Positions 1-10,119 of a stretch of 64,000 nucleotides of DNA are shown here, in pieces. The stretch is from Thermodesulfobacteriota bacterium. Its GTDB lineage: Bacteria > Desulfobacterota > Binatia > Bin18. The DNA lies in assembly GCA_964291405.2 (NCBI GenBank), contig OZ219926.1, forward strand, positions 32,001 through 96,000, given 5' to 3'. Position numbers and translations under genes: made by a program. A model generated the notes under the pieces. It was not told the origin of the DNA, made no database searches, and saw nothing but the letters and a program-made list of their open reading frames with translations. Each line of letters opens with the position of its first letter. Position 1 is the stretch's first letter.

Positions 1-72
1 CTGACTCCATCCGACGTTCGCCTCATGCGAGAGCGAGAAATTTTGCACGTACGCGAACTTTCAGCCGCATAA
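1..72 (+). CDS. 3' end of an upstream gene, truncated by the window edge (...REREILHVRELSAA*)
   Basis: Frame 1 is open from base 1 to TAA at 70-72, just before the RBS of the next gene. Confidence 0.5.
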   Translation: MTPSDVRLMREREILHVRELSAA

Positions 73-96
73 GAGGCAAGTGAAGGAAGAAGGTTC

Positions 97-1842
97 ATGG
101 CAACTGCATTTGACCCCATTCTTATCGAAGTCATGAAAAACGAGCTGACCGCGGTTGCCGAAGAGATGGGCATTACCATGAAGCGGACGGCGCGCTCGCT
201 GGGCGCCAAGGAGGGCTCTGATTTTTCTACTGCGCTGGTCGATGCCCAGGGCCGGTTGATCGCCCAGGGCCTGACCATCGGTGTCCACCTCGGCTACATC
301 ATGGGAGTCATGCCGTGGGTGCTGAAGAAATTTGGCGACGACCTTCACTCCGGCGATGTGATTGTCTCAAACGACCCCTACGGTGGGGTGTCTCACTTCC
401 CGGACATCGTTCTGATCATGCCGATTTTCTGGCAGGAACAACTGGTCGGCTTTGCGGCCATTGTGGAACACCATACCGATATTGGCGGGCGCTTCCCCGG
501 CGGCATGGGCATCGCCAGTGCTGAGGTCTACGAAGAAGGGGTGTGTATTCCGGGGGTCAAGCTCTTTAGTCTAGGCGAGCTGAATCATGACTTAGTCGAT
601 ATGATTGCCGCCAACGTCCGGGCACCTGAGGATGTGCGTGGCGACCTGGACGCTCAGGCCGCGGCCTGCCGGCGCGGTGCACAGGGAGTCCAGGAGTTGC
701 TCGACCGCCACGGGCTGGAACAATTTGCGGCCTGCAACGAACAGTTGCGCCAGTACAGCGAACGGGCTATGCGGGCCTGCATTGCGGCCATTCCGGATGG
801 CTCGTATACATGTACGGACCTGTTTGAAGATGACGGCTTGGGTGGGGAAGGGGTCAACTTGCGTCTTACGGTGACCGTTGCCGACGAGTCCGTTCGGGTG
901 GACTTTGACGGCACCGGCCCACAGGTTCGTAGCGCGATCAACGTCCCCTTTAATCTCACCCGCGCCTGTGTGTACGTGGCCTTTCGGTCCATCCTTGAGA
1001 CGGATGCACCGGCAAACTCGGGTCTGATGGCTCCCATTCAGGTGACTGCTCCCGAGGGCTGTGTGGTCAATCCGCAATTTCCCGGCGCGGTCGGCGCGCG
1101 CGGGATGCTGATGTGGCGGATTATCGACATGATATTTGCCGCCCTGGCCCAGGCCATTCCCGACAAAGTCTATGCCGCGGGCGAGGGCGGGGCGAATTTG
1201 CTGGTGTATACGCCCCAGGTCGAGGCGGGCGTGCCGTCCATGCTGCTGGATATTTACACCTCGGGCTGGGGCGCGCGGCCCGATAGCGACGGTGTGGAAG
1301 GCGTCACTCCTATGGCTGCCGGCGGCGCCATGCGCAGCATTCCCGCGGAAATGATCGAGCGTGAATGTCCGGTTATGTTGGACGGATTCGGCTTTTTGCC
1401 GGACACCGGCGGCCCAGGGCAATATCGCGGAGCCCTGTCCGTGTATCGCAAATGGCGCTTTCTGGGCGATGGCCGGGTAATGCTCCGAACCTGTCGGGTC
1501 AAATCCGTCCCGTATGGGTTGGCCGGTGGAAAAGACGGCACCCCGTTTGCTGCCAGGCTGCGTTCCGGCGAAGCAGAAACCCAACTCCCACACGAAATGC
1601 TCATCGATACCGAGGTACGATCCGGAGAAACCCTGCTGCATGTCCAACCGGGTGCAGGTGGCTATGGCGACCCGCTCGCGCGTGACCCCCAGCTCGTCCT
1701 CGACGATGTGTTAGACGAGAAGATCTCGCCCGCGTACGCCGAGCGGGAATACGGGGTCGCCATTGACGAGAACACGGAGCAGGTTGACTGGAACCGGACG
1801 ACGCAACTTCGCGCGACATTGCGGTCTGACCTGGAGGCCTGA
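97..1842 (+). CDS. Hydantoinase B / 5-oxoprolinase family protein
   Basis: 581 aa; motifs DFSTA, NDPYGGVSHFPD, HHTDIGG, EEG, GGPGQYRG, GAGGYGDP. Confidence 0.93.
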   Translation: MATAFDPILIEVMKNELTAVAEEMGITMKRTARSLGAKEGSDFSTALVDAQGRLIAQGLTIGVHLGYIMGVMPWVLKKFGDDLHSGDVIVSNDPYGGVSHFPDIVLIMPIFWQEQLVGFAAIVEHHTDIGGRFPGGMGIASAEVYEEGVCIPGVKLFSLGELNHDLVDMIAANVRAPEDVRGDLDAQAAACRRGAQGVQELLDRHGLEQFAACNEQLRQYSERAMRACIAAIPDGSYTCTDLFEDDGLGGEGVNLRLTVTVADESVRVDFDGTGPQVRSAINVPFNLTRACVYVAFRSILETDAPANSGLMAPIQVTAPEGCVVNPQFPGAVGARGMLMWRIIDMIFAALAQAIPDKVYAAGEGGANLLVYTPQVEAGVPSMLLDIYTSGWGARPDSDGVEGVTPMAAGGAMRSIPAEMIERECPVMLDGFGFLPDTGGPGQYRGALSVYRKWRFLGDGRVMLRTCRVKSVPYGLAGGKDGTPFAARLRSGEAETQLPHEMLIDTEVRSGETLLHVQPGAGGYGDPLARDPQLVLDDVLDEKISPAYAEREYGVAIDENTEQVDWNRTTQLRATLRSDLEA

Positions 1843-1893
1843 CGGGAGACTGGACGGCCCGCCGCGTCAGACGCGTGGCCTGAGAGGAGAGCT

Positions 1894-3642
1894 ATGGCAT
1901 TTGATCCTATTCTGGTTGAGGTCGTGAAAAACGAGTTGGCCGCCATCACCGAAGAAATGGCGATTGCGGTGTGGAAAACCGGCCGCTCGGCTATGGTCAA
2001 AACCGGAGATTTTGCCACCGCTATCTGCGACGGCCAAGGCCGGTTAATCGGCCAGGGCTATGCGGCTCCGTTTCAACTGGCGTTCTTTATTGCGGTGATG
2101 CCCCACATCCTCAGAAAATACGGAGAAGACTTTGCGCCCGGCGATGTCATTGTGGTGAACGACCCGTATGCCGGTGTCACCCATATGCCGGACGTAATGA
2201 TCATTGCGCCCACGTTCTGGCAGGGGCAGCGGGTCGCCTTTACCTTAGCCTATTCGCACCACACCGATATTGGCGGGCGCTTTCCGGGCGGGTTCAGCAG
2301 CCAGTGTACGGAGACCTTTGAAGAAGGGCTCCGCCTGCCGCCGATCAAACTGTATAAAGGTGGGGAGCGCAACGAAGCCCTTCTGGAGACGATTCTGGCC
2401 AATGTTCGGGTATCCGACGAATGGCTGGGAGACGTGGAGGCGAAAATCGCGGGCTGCTGGCGCGGCGAGCAAGAACTGAAACGTCTACTCGAAAAATACG
2501 GCTTGGACACATTCAACTCGTGCTGTGACTATTTGATTGCCTATGCGGAAAAGGCCACCCGGGCGGCCATCAAGGAGATTCCTCCGGGCGAGTATGTGTA
2601 TGAGGATGCCTTTGAAGACGATGGTTTTGGCTCCGATGGTGTGGCCCTGCCGATCAAGGTGACCCTGCGCGCACAGGGCGAAACCTTGAGCGTTGACTTC
2701 ACCGGCACCAGCCCGCAGGCGCGCGGCGCGATCAACCTGCCGCTGAGCATGACGGAAGCGACGGTGTATGGCGCGGTCAAGAGTATTGTCAGCCCGGAGG
2801 TGTTAACCAATGTCGGCTTCATTCGGCCTATACAGGTCGTTGCGCCGGTCGGCACCCTGGTAAACCCGCGTTTTCCTGCCGCGGTCGGCGGCCGTGCCCC
2901 CTTATTCTTTCGGGTTTTTGATATGCTGTTCCGTGCCCTGGCTCAGGCATTGCCCGACCGGGTTCCCATCCCCGGAGAGGGTGGGGACGTGTTGCACTTC
3001 ACTGGTGAGAAGGAAGACGGGACACCGTTTGCGGTCATGGATATTTTCTTTGGTGGCTGGGGTGGACGTCCGCACAAGGACGGGATTGATGGCGTGGCGC
3101 CTATGGCCTTCGGGTCCTACGGAACGATTCCGGCGGAACTGCTCGAACGCGAATTTCCGCTGGTCGTTGACGGGTTTGGCTATGTGCCGGATACGGGCGG
3201 CGCCGGCAAGCATCGGGGCTCGGTGTCCATCTATAAACAGTGGCGCTTCCTGAGCCCCGGAAAAGTCATGGTTCGCACCAACCGTCTCATTCGGGCCTCC
3301 GGGGGGCTGGCCGGTGGCGCGCCCGGCTCGCTGTCCAAGAATATTCTGAACCCCGAAACAGAGAGCCGGGAACTGCCGCGCAAAGCCCATCTGCATATGG
3401 ATGTGAAACCGGGCGATCGTATCCACCACATCGTGTCCGGCTCGGGCGGCCACGGCAATCCCTTGGAGCGCGGTCCCGCCCAGGTGCTGGCCGACGTGCA
3501 GGACGAAAAGCTGTCTGTCGCGCAGGCGCGAGATCAGTATGGGGTGGTGATTGATGCGGCTGCGGCTGCGGCTGCGGTGAATATGCCGGAAACCGAGGCA
3601 CTGCGAGCCGCTCGCTTGCAACCAGTTGCGGCAGCAGACTAG
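1894..3642 (+). CDS. Hydantoinase B / 5-oxoprolinase family protein (paralog)
   Basis: 582 aa; NDPYAGVTHMPD, HHTDIGG, GGAGKHRG, GSGGHGNP; AGGAG RBS. Confidence 0.93.
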   Translation: MAFDPILVEVVKNELAAITEEMAIAVWKTGRSAMVKTGDFATAICDGQGRLIGQGYAAPFQLAFFIAVMPHILRKYGEDFAPGDVIVVNDPYAGVTHMPDVMIIAPTFWQGQRVAFTLAYSHHTDIGGRFPGGFSSQCTETFEEGLRLPPIKLYKGGERNEALLETILANVRVSDEWLGDVEAKIAGCWRGEQELKRLLEKYGLDTFNSCCDYLIAYAEKATRAAIKEIPPGEYVYEDAFEDDGFGSDGVALPIKVTLRAQGETLSVDFTGTSPQARGAINLPLSMTEATVYGAVKSIVSPEVLTNVGFIRPIQVVAPVGTLVNPRFPAAVGGRAPLFFRVFDMLFRALAQALPDRVPIPGEGGDVLHFTGEKEDGTPFAVMDIFFGGWGGRPHKDGIDGVAPMAFGSYGTIPAELLEREFPLVVDGFGYVPDTGGAGKHRGSVSIYKQWRFLSPGKVMVRTNRLIRASGGLAGGAPGSLSKNILNPETESRELPRKAHLHMDVKPGDRIHHIVSGSGGHGNPLERGPAQVLADVQDEKLSVAQARDQYGVVIDAAAAAAAVNMPETEALRAARLQPVAAAD

Positions 3643-3679
3643 TCGAGAGCTGGGCTGGCTGTCCTCTAAGAAGTCTTCC

Positions 3680-3790
3680 CTACTCGGACTGTCGTTCCTT
3701 CCGGCGTAATCCACTGTCCAGGAAGAAAATAAGAAAGCCTATGGCAGCAATGCCTAACATCACGAGAAAGACGATGCCTAATGGGTTCAT
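3680..3790 (-). CDS. 36-aa single-TM peptide MNPLGIVFLVMLGIAAIGFLIFFLDSGLRRKERQSE (not in the ORF track)
   Basis: ATG overlaps the upstream stop as ATGA at 3787-3790; GGAGG upstream; hydrophobic helix followed by a charged tail. Confidence 0.6.
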   Translation of the reverse strand: MNPLGIVFLVMLGIAAIGFLIFFLDSGLRRKERQSE

Positions 3791-3993
3791 GAAGAGACCT
3801 CCATTCCATCAAATAAATAGCCGAGAAGCGCAAATGCGAAGGTTGCAAGTACCCCAAGGCCAATAACCCAGGGCTGGACAATCTCTGGCTTGGTGATTGG
3901 TCCAAGAACGAGGGCTGCCAGAGCAATCTTGGCGGCATCCCAAAAGAATTTCGCCATGTTATCTTTTTGCTTCTCGTTGCGAAGAATCCCCAT
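3787..3993 (-). CDS. Small two-TM membrane protein (DUF6722-like)
   Basis: 68 aa from MGILRNEKQKDNMAKFFWDAAKIALAALV; two hydrophobic helices; family resemblance from recall only. Confidence 0.6.
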   Translation of the reverse strand: MGILRNEKQKDNMAKFFWDAAKIALAALVLGPITKPEIVQPWVIGLGVLATFAFALLGYLFDGMEVSS

Positions 3994-4073
3994 TTTTCGT
4001 CCCGTCGTCTTCAACAGAGCTATGCTCACCATACACCGTTTGGATAGACGATTCGATATGGTATAGGCTCCCC

Positions 4074-6119
4074 ATGCGTATAGGCTTTGATATTGGCGGA
4101 ACCTTCACCGACGTTATTGTAGTTGGCGACGACGGACGCCTGTTCACCACAAAGGTGCTCTCGCTGCTCGATCGGGTGGGCGAAGATATCGTCCGCTGCG
4201 TGCATGAGGTCGATGCGCAGGCCCAGGTCGAGGGCTTCGTCCACGGTACGACCATTGCCTCGAACGCCGTCATCGAAGAGACCACCGCGCGGACCGGACT
4301 GATCACCACCCAGGGCTTTCGGGACGAGCTCGAAATGCGCGGGCAGCGACGGCCCAATATCTATGATGCGGACTGGGACCGCCTGCCTCCTCTCGTGCCC
4401 CGTTCCCTGCGTTTGGAAGTCCAGGAGCGCATCCTGGGTAACGGCCATATTGAGCGCCCGCTCGATCCGACGCAAGCCCGAGTGGTGATCGACCAGCTTC
4501 TGGCCGCCGGAGTGGAAACGATTGCCGTTTGCCTGGTGAATTCCTATCTCAACCCTACGCACGAACGGCAGTTGGGACAGCTTATCGCTGAGGTAGCTCC
4601 GGATATGGTGGTGTGTCTATCGTGCGATATCCACCCCGAGATTCGCGAGTACGAACGCACCAGTACGACTGTCATTAACGCCTCGCTGATTCCGGTCGTT
4701 GATCGCTATCTCAGCCGACTGGAACGACACCTTTCGACCTATAGCGAGCGCGTTCTGATTATGCAGTCCAACGGCGGTATCATGAGTGCCCAGGCCGCCC
4801 GGCGCCGGCCCGCGTATATGATTGAGTCGGGCCCAGCTGCCGGCGTGCTGGCTGCGGCGCGCTTCGCCCATGAGACGCAGCAGGATCAGGTGCTCGCGTT
4901 TGACATGGGGGGGACGACCGCCAAAGCCTGTTTGATCGAAAACGGCGTGCCACTTGAGAAGCCGGGCGGGGAGATCGGAGGTGGCGCCACTATGACCACG
5001 CGTTTATTTGGCGGCGGTGGACATGCCCTGCGCGTCCCCTCGCTCGATATCGTGGAAGTGGGCGCTGGAGGCGGTAGTATTGCCTGGATAGATGACGGGG
5101 GCGCGTTACGGGTCGGTCCCCAGAGCGCAAGCGCGGACCCTGGCCCGGCCTGTTATGGCCGGGGCGGAACCGAGCCTACGGTAACTGATGCCAATGTGGT
5201 GCTGGGCTACATGAACCCTGAGGCTATCGCTGGTGCAACCTTGGCTATCGACTGCCAGGCCGCCTGGACTGCGGTTGAGCAAAAAATCGCTCAACCGCTC
5301 AATGTGGAAGTCCTGGCTGCAGCCTATGGTATCACCCAGGTGGCAAACGCGACCATGATGCGCGCCCTGCGGGCCGTTTCGACCGAACGTGGGCGAGACC
5401 CGCGTGACTTTACCCTGATCGCATTCGGCGGAGCCGGGCCGATGCACGCCGCCGCCCTGGCGGACAGCCTGAGTATGACGCGAGTTCAGATTCCGCTCTA
5501 CCCAGGCTTATTCAGCGCGTTTGGACTCCTCTTGGCGGACTATCGCCACGACTATATCCGTAGCGTGGCTGTGGCCTTGGACCAGCTCGACCCGCAGGCC
5601 GTGCTGCGTCACTACCAGGAGCTTGAGACCCAGGCGCGGGCCGAGTTGGCCGCAGAAGGCATTGCCGCGGATCAGATTCGTTTTGAGCGTCAGGTCGATC
5701 TCAAGTACGGCTATCAGGTCGCGGAGCTGAGCCTGCCTTTTCCCGACGTATCAGTCGCGGACATGCAGGACCGCCTGGCCCAACTCTTCACCGAAGCGCA
5801 CCGCCAGGCGTTTGGCTATGATCGAGCCGATACGATTGAGCTTGTCAGCGTCCGGCTGCGAGCCATAGCCTCCTCCGGCCCTCTACGCCTGACCGAGTTG
5901 ACTGGAACCGGGAACACCCCTACGTCTCCGGCCTCCCGCACGGCGTATTTCGGTCCCCAGGTAGGCGAATGCCAGGCCGCGGTATATCAGCGAACCGCTC
6001 TTGAACAGGCGCGGAGCGGGCCGCTCATTGTAGAAGAACCGGATACCACGGTGGTTGTACCGCCCGGCTGGACAGTCCAGTATGACGTAAGCGGGAATCT
6101 GCTCTTGCAGCATGAATAA
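4074..6119 (+). CDS. Hydantoinase A / oxoprolinase ATP-binding subunit
   Basis: Start reassigned to ATG 4074 (MRIGFDIGGTFTD); HGTT, REYERTSTT, ESGPAAG, DMGGTT, GAGGGSIA, FGGAG. Confidence 0.94.
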   Translation: MRIGFDIGGTFTDVIVVGDDGRLFTTKVLSLLDRVGEDIVRCVHEVDAQAQVEGFVHGTTIASNAVIEETTARTGLITTQGFRDELEMRGQRRPNIYDADWDRLPPLVPRSLRLEVQERILGNGHIERPLDPTQARVVIDQLLAAGVETIAVCLVNSYLNPTHERQLGQLIAEVAPDMVVCLSCDIHPEIREYERTSTTVINASLIPVVDRYLSRLERHLSTYSERVLIMQSNGGIMSAQAARRRPAYMIESGPAAGVLAAARFAHETQQDQVLAFDMGGTTAKACLIENGVPLEKPGGEIGGGATMTTRLFGGGGHALRVPSLDIVEVGAGGGSIAWIDDGGALRVGPQSASADPGPACYGRGGTEPTVTDANVVLGYMNPEAIAGATLAIDCQAAWTAVEQKIAQPLNVEVLAAAYGITQVANATMMRALRAVSTERGRDPRDFTLIAFGGAGPMHAAALADSLSMTRVQIPLYPGLFSAFGLLLADYRHDYIRSVAVALDQLDPQAVLRHYQELETQARAELAAEGIAADQIRFERQVDLKYGYQVAELSLPFPDVSVADMQDRLAQLFTEAHRQAFGYDRADTIELVSVRLRAIASSGPLRLTELTGTGNTPTSPASRTAYFGPQVGECQAAVYQRTALEQARSGPLIVEEPDTTVVVPPGWTVQYDVSGNLLLQHE

Positions 6120-6148
6120 CGTCCGGTCGTTTTTTGCTTCAGAACGAG

Positions 6149-6299
6149 AACCCACCCCGCCGCTGTACGGCACAAAGAGGAAACGTGTCCTTCAACAGAA
6201 CAGGTAGATGTCGACACGTTTCCTCTTTCCCTCCCAAGAGGGGATGGGAGAAGCACAAAATCCCCTCCTCGGAGGGGTGGCCGAAGGCCGGGGTGGGTT
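6149..6299. repeat. Composite palindromic repeat: inverted pair of family A units with a family C element nested at 6174-6228
   Basis: AACCCACCCCGCC...GGCAC | AAAGAGGAAACGTGTC...GACACGTTTCCTCTTT | CCCTCCCAAGAGGGGA...GGGGTGGGTT. Confidence 0.8.
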
Positions 6300-6324
6300 C
6301 CTGCCGTACTGAAGGGTAACTTTT

Positions 6325-8592
6325 GTGAGGCCGACATCCACTCCGGTAGTCAAAGATTTGGTCCTGATTGGCGGTGGCCACAGTCATGTCACTGTGCTGA
6401 AACGCTTCGGCATGAAGCCGTTGCCGGGTGTACGCGTGACGCTGATTTGCCGCGATACGCACGCGCCGTATTCCGGCATGTTACCCGGCTATATTGCCGG
6501 GCATTATACCTTCGATCAGGCCCATATCGATCTTGGACCGCTGTCCCGGTTCGCTGGAGCACGATTTTTTCACGATGAAGTGATCGACCTGGACCTGACC
6601 AACAAGCAGGTTGTGTGTCGCACCCGGCCGCCCGTGGCCTATGATGCCTTGTCCATTAATATCGGGGCCACGCCCGCTGTCGCACATATACCCGGTGCCG
6701 GGCACACCGGTGTGGCCGTCAAGCCCATAGACGGTTTTTGGCGGCATTGGGAACAGCTCCGCGAGCGCTGTCTGGCCCGGACCGCACGCACGACAATCGG
6801 CGTTATCGGCGGTGGAGCCGGGAGCGTGGAACTCTTGCTGGCCGTCCAATATCGCCTCGAACGCCTGCTCGCCCAGCAAAACCGGTCGGCCGACCATCTC
6901 GTTTTCTACCTCATCAGCGGGACACAAGAGATTCTGCCGACCCACAACCCACGCGTCCGGGCCGCGTTTCGGCGTATTCTTAAGCAGCGTGGTGTCGAGG
7001 TCCGAACGGATTGTCTCGTCACCGGCGCTGCCGAAGGTTGTGTGCGTTTTGCCGATGGCACCCAACTCGCTCTGGACGAGATGCTGTGGGTCACCACGGC
7101 CGGTGCCGCTGGCTGGCCGGGAGAGGCCGGCCTGGCCACAGACGAGCAGGGTTTTATCGCAGTGCAGGACACGCTCCAGTCCGTTTCCCATCCCGAGGTC
7201 TTTGCCGCCGGAGATATTGCCGCGGTCGTCAACCATCCCCGCCCAAAATCCGGCGTGTTCGCCGTACGCCAGGGCCCGCCGTTGGCGAAGAATCTCCGCC
7301 GTTTCCTGCGAGGCCAAACGGTCAAAGCTTTTGCGCCGCAAAAACAGTTTCTGAGCCTGATCTCTACCGGAGACCAATATGCGGTGGCCTCACGGTCGCG
7401 CTGGGCGTGTGAGGGGAGATGGGTCTGGAAGTGGAAAGACTGGATCGACCGGCGCTTTATCCGCAAATACAATGAGCTACCGGATATGCCCGACGACGAG
7501 CCAGCCCAGGTAGAGCAGGGACTGGCCGATGCGCACGTCCTCAAAGAGATTTCCGCCTTTGCCATGCGGTGCGGCGGCTGTGGGTCCAAGATCGGCAGTA
7601 CCGTCCTGAACCAGGCTCTAGCGCGCCTTGAGCCGGTTGACCGCTCTGATGTCATTGTCGGCCTGCACGCGCCGGACGATGCGGCAGTGGTCACCGTCCC
7701 GCCCGGAAAAGCGATGGTGCAGACCGTTGATTTTTTCCGGGCCTTTATTGAAGACCCGTTTGTCTTCGGCCAAATCGCGGCCACCCACGCCCTGGGTGAT
7801 ATCTTTGCCATGGGCGCGGAGCCACAGACCGCCCTGGCCATGGTCACCATCCCGTACGGTTTGGAACACAAGGTGCAGGACCAACTCACCCAGCTCATGG
7901 CCGGGGCCTTGGAGGTCCTCAACCGGGAACATACGGCTCTGGTTGGCGGGCATACCAGTGAGGGCAGCGAACTGGCGCTTGGATTTGCCATCAACGGTCT
8001 GGCAAGTCAGGAGGCCGTGCTGAAAAAAAGCGGTATGCAACCGGGACAAGCCCTGATTCTGACCAAGGCGCTGGGAACCGGCGCGCTGTTTGCCGCAGAC
8101 ATGCGACACCAAGCCAAAGGCCGCTGGATCGAAGCCGCGCTCGTCTCCATGCGACAGTCAAATCGGGCCGGAGCAGACTGCCTGCGTCAGTACGGCGCAA
8201 CCGCCATGACCGACGTGACCGGATTCGGCCTGCTGGGCCATCTGGTCGAAATGGTCCGGGCCTCGGCCGTTGACGCGGTTCTCAATATGGAACGGCTGCC
8301 GATCCTGCCCGGTGCTCTGGAGGTCGTTCTGCAGGGTATTTTTTCGTCCCTACAACCGCAGAATATTCGGCTGCGGCGAGCCATTCGCGAGGTGGAGCGG
8401 GCGACCCAACACCCGTACTACGCTCTGCTGTTCGACCCGCAGACCGCCGGCGGACTCCTGGCCAGCATCCCGGCCGAGCAGGCCCGGGCGTGTATCCGGG
8501 AGCTTCAGGTTCTCGGCTATCAGGACGCGGCTATTATCGGCACGGTGCAGGCGCAGGGTGATGCGCTTGAGCCGATTACGCTGCAAGTATAA
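6325..8592 (+). CDS. selD: Selenide, water dikinase SelD fused to an N-terminal FAD/pyridine-nucleotide oxidoreductase domain
   Basis: N-terminal [18 protein letters not shown]; C-terminal MRCGGCGSK (Cys form), [32 protein letters not shown]. Confidence 0.93.
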   Translation: MRPTSTPVVKDLVLIGGGHSHVTVLKRFGMKPLPGVRVTLICRDTHAPYSGMLPGYIAGHYTFDQAHIDLGPLSRFAGARFFHDEVIDLDLTNKQVVCRTRPPVAYDALSINIGATPAVAHIPGAGHTGVAVKPIDGFWRHWEQLRERCLARTARTTIGVIGGGAGSVELLLAVQYRLERLLAQQNRSADHLVFYLISGTQEILPTHNPRVRAAFRRILKQRGVEVRTDCLVTGAAEGCVRFADGTQLALDEMLWVTTAGAAGWPGEAGLATDEQGFIAVQDTLQSVSHPEVFAAGDIAAVVNHPRPKSGVFAVRQGPPLAKNLRRFLRGQTVKAFAPQKQFLSLISTGDQYAVASRSRWACEGRWVWKWKDWIDRRFIRKYNELPDMPDDEPAQVEQGLADAHVLKEISAFAMRCGGCGSKIGSTVLNQALARLEPVDRSDVIVGLHAPDDAAVVTVPPGKAMVQTVDFFRAFIEDPFVFGQIAATHALGDIFAMGAEPQTALAMVTIPYGLEHKVQDQLTQLMAGALEVLNREHTALVGGHTSEGSELALGFAINGLASQEAVLKKSGMQPGQALILTKALGTGALFAADMRHQAKGRWIEAALVSMRQSNRAGADCLRQYGATAMTDVTGFGLLGHLVEMVRASAVDAVLNMERLPILPGALEVVLQGIFSSLQPQNIRLRRAIREVERATQHPYYALLFDPQTAGGLLASIPAEQARACIRELQVLGYQDAAIIGTVQAQGDALEPITLQV
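8420..8592 (+). repeat. Direct repeat copy 1 (last 173 bp of selD)
   Basis: Aligns ungapped to 10667-10839 with about 14 mismatches (manual count). Confidence 0.92.
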
Positions 8593-8758
8593 GCCTTCAA
8601 GCAAGAGTTGTTAGGTGGGCTGAATATGTGTAGCCTGCGTCCAAAAGTACTGTTCAAGACTTCCATCGTTTCGAGACGGGATGAGGAAGCTTTCAGGTAT
8701 CCGATAGCAATACCGAGTAGCTGCCGACGGTGCAGATACAAGGCAATACGTCGATCTT

Positions 8759-10099
8759 ATGGAACAGATTAGGATAAAAAACTTTCGCTGCTTCCGCGAA
8801 GAGCAGACCGCACGCCTGGCACCCCTGACCCTGCTCATGGGAGAGAACAGCACCGGCAAAACCTCGTTCATGGCGCTGATCCGGGCGCTGTGGGATGTCT
8901 TCTACCGGTCCAGAGTTCCTGATTTTAAGGAAGAGCCGTATGACCTGGGCAGCTTCGATGAAATCGCCCATCATCGGGGAGGACGAGGGGGCCGTGCGGA
9001 TGCTTTTAAGGCGGGCTTTGACCTCGCTCTTGAAGATCGGGAGGGAGCAAGGGATGAACATGGCCACTTCGAGATAACTTTCGAAAAGAAAGGGACCGTG
9101 CCGGTTCCGGTGAGAAGATACCTTGCCTATAAAGATGTCTGGGTTGAAGAGCGACTCGAAGACTCACCTTATAACATTGGCTTCGGGATATCGAAGCGTG
9201 TCTGGAAACAGGAACTCACCAATATCGGGCGTATTCTTGCTGACACCGACGACGATACTCTGCTTCCCTTTTCTTCTCTTCTGCAGCGTTTACAATTGTT
9301 CTCCCAAGATTCCGACTCGCCCGGCTCACCTACCAATGAAGAGTGGAAACGAATCGAAAGACTTGCTGATCGTCTTAGATGGACGCTCTCCCGCCGTAGT
9401 TTCAACATCGGACCCTATGCCAGTGCTCCGGTCCGCTCCAAACCGCATCGAACCTATGACCCTGCACGCCCGACACGAGACCCCGTAGGCGACTACATTC
9501 CCATGTATCTCGCCAACATACATTTTCAAAACAAGGCAGAATGGAACGCTCTCAAAGACGCGCTCGAAGAATTTGGGAAAGAGGCTGGTCTGTTCGATGA
9601 AATCTCGATCAAACAGCTAGGGAAGAATGAAAGTGAGCCATTTCAGATCCAGGTCAGAAAATTCGGAAGCAAATCCAAGGGACCGCATCGCAATCTGATC
9701 GATGTCGGTTACGGTGTCAGCCAAGCACTGCCAGTCATCACCGAACTGCTGCGCCGCGACGCTCCGCCGATATTTCTGTTGCAGCAACCGGAAGTGCATC
9801 TCCACCCCAGTGCCCAGGCGGCCCTCGGAAGCCTATTCTGCCAGATCGCTGGACAAAAGCGGCAGCTCATAGTCGAAACGCACAGTGACCACCTGCTCGA
9901 TCGGGTGCGTATGGACGTGCGCGACGACAAGACGAAATTAAAGCCTGAAGACGTTTCCATCTTGTACTTTGAGCGTGACGATCTGGATGTTCGCATTCAT
10001 TCACTGCGATTTGATGAACAGGGAAACGTCTTGGACGCTCCGCCGAGCTACCGGCAGTTCTTCATGGAAGAGATGCGAAGGTCTTTATGGAAGAGATGA
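8759..10099 (+). CDS. ABC/AAA_15-21-type ATPase with DUF3696-like C-terminus
   Basis: IKNFRCF, Walker A GENSTGKT, signature DVGYGVSQ, Walker B region FLLQQPEVHLHP, H-loop VETHS. Confidence 0.88.
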   Translation: MEQIRIKNFRCFREEQTARLAPLTLLMGENSTGKTSFMALIRALWDVFYRSRVPDFKEEPYDLGSFDEIAHHRGGRGGRADAFKAGFDLALEDREGARDEHGHFEITFEKKGTVPVPVRRYLAYKDVWVEERLEDSPYNIGFGISKRVWKQELTNIGRILADTDDDTLLPFSSLLQRLQLFSQDSDSPGSPTNEEWKRIERLADRLRWTLSRRSFNIGPYASAPVRSKPHRTYDPARPTRDPVGDYIPMYLANIHFQNKAEWNALKDALEEFGKEAGLFDEISIKQLGKNESEPFQIQVRKFGSKSKGPHRNLIDVGYGVSQALPVITELLRRDAPPIFLLQQPEVHLHPSAQAALGSLFCQIAGQKRQLIVETHSDHLLDRVRMDVRDDKTKLKPEDVSILYFERDDLDVRIHSLRFDEQGNVLDAPPSYRQFFMEEMRRSLWKR

Positions 10100-10119
10100 A
10101 GTTTACAGGGGGCTGAATA

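Noticed and set aside
592-1647. Long antisense ORFs (351 aa here; also 6481-7377, 6906-7994, 26899-27666, 38230-39057, 50424-51227)
   Set aside because: Shadow frames opposite well-supported genes; expected in GC-rich DNA; no motifs or RBS
3556-3577. (GCGGCT)n microsatellite encoding a poly-Ala run
   Set aside because: Short in-frame 6-bp unit in a variable C-terminal segment; cannot cause phase variation
3897-4073. 59-aa N-terminal extension of hydantoinase A in the ORF track
   Set aside because: Overlaps the minus-strand small gene; the family motif starts at MRIGFDIGG (4074)
7564-7590. Possible Sec codon in the SelD active site
   Set aside because: The codons are TGC and TGT (Cys); there is no in-frame TGA
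8614-8632. GGGCTGAATATGTGT resembling the PIN gene start region at about 10110
   Set aside because: Too short, and I could not extend the match; may be chance
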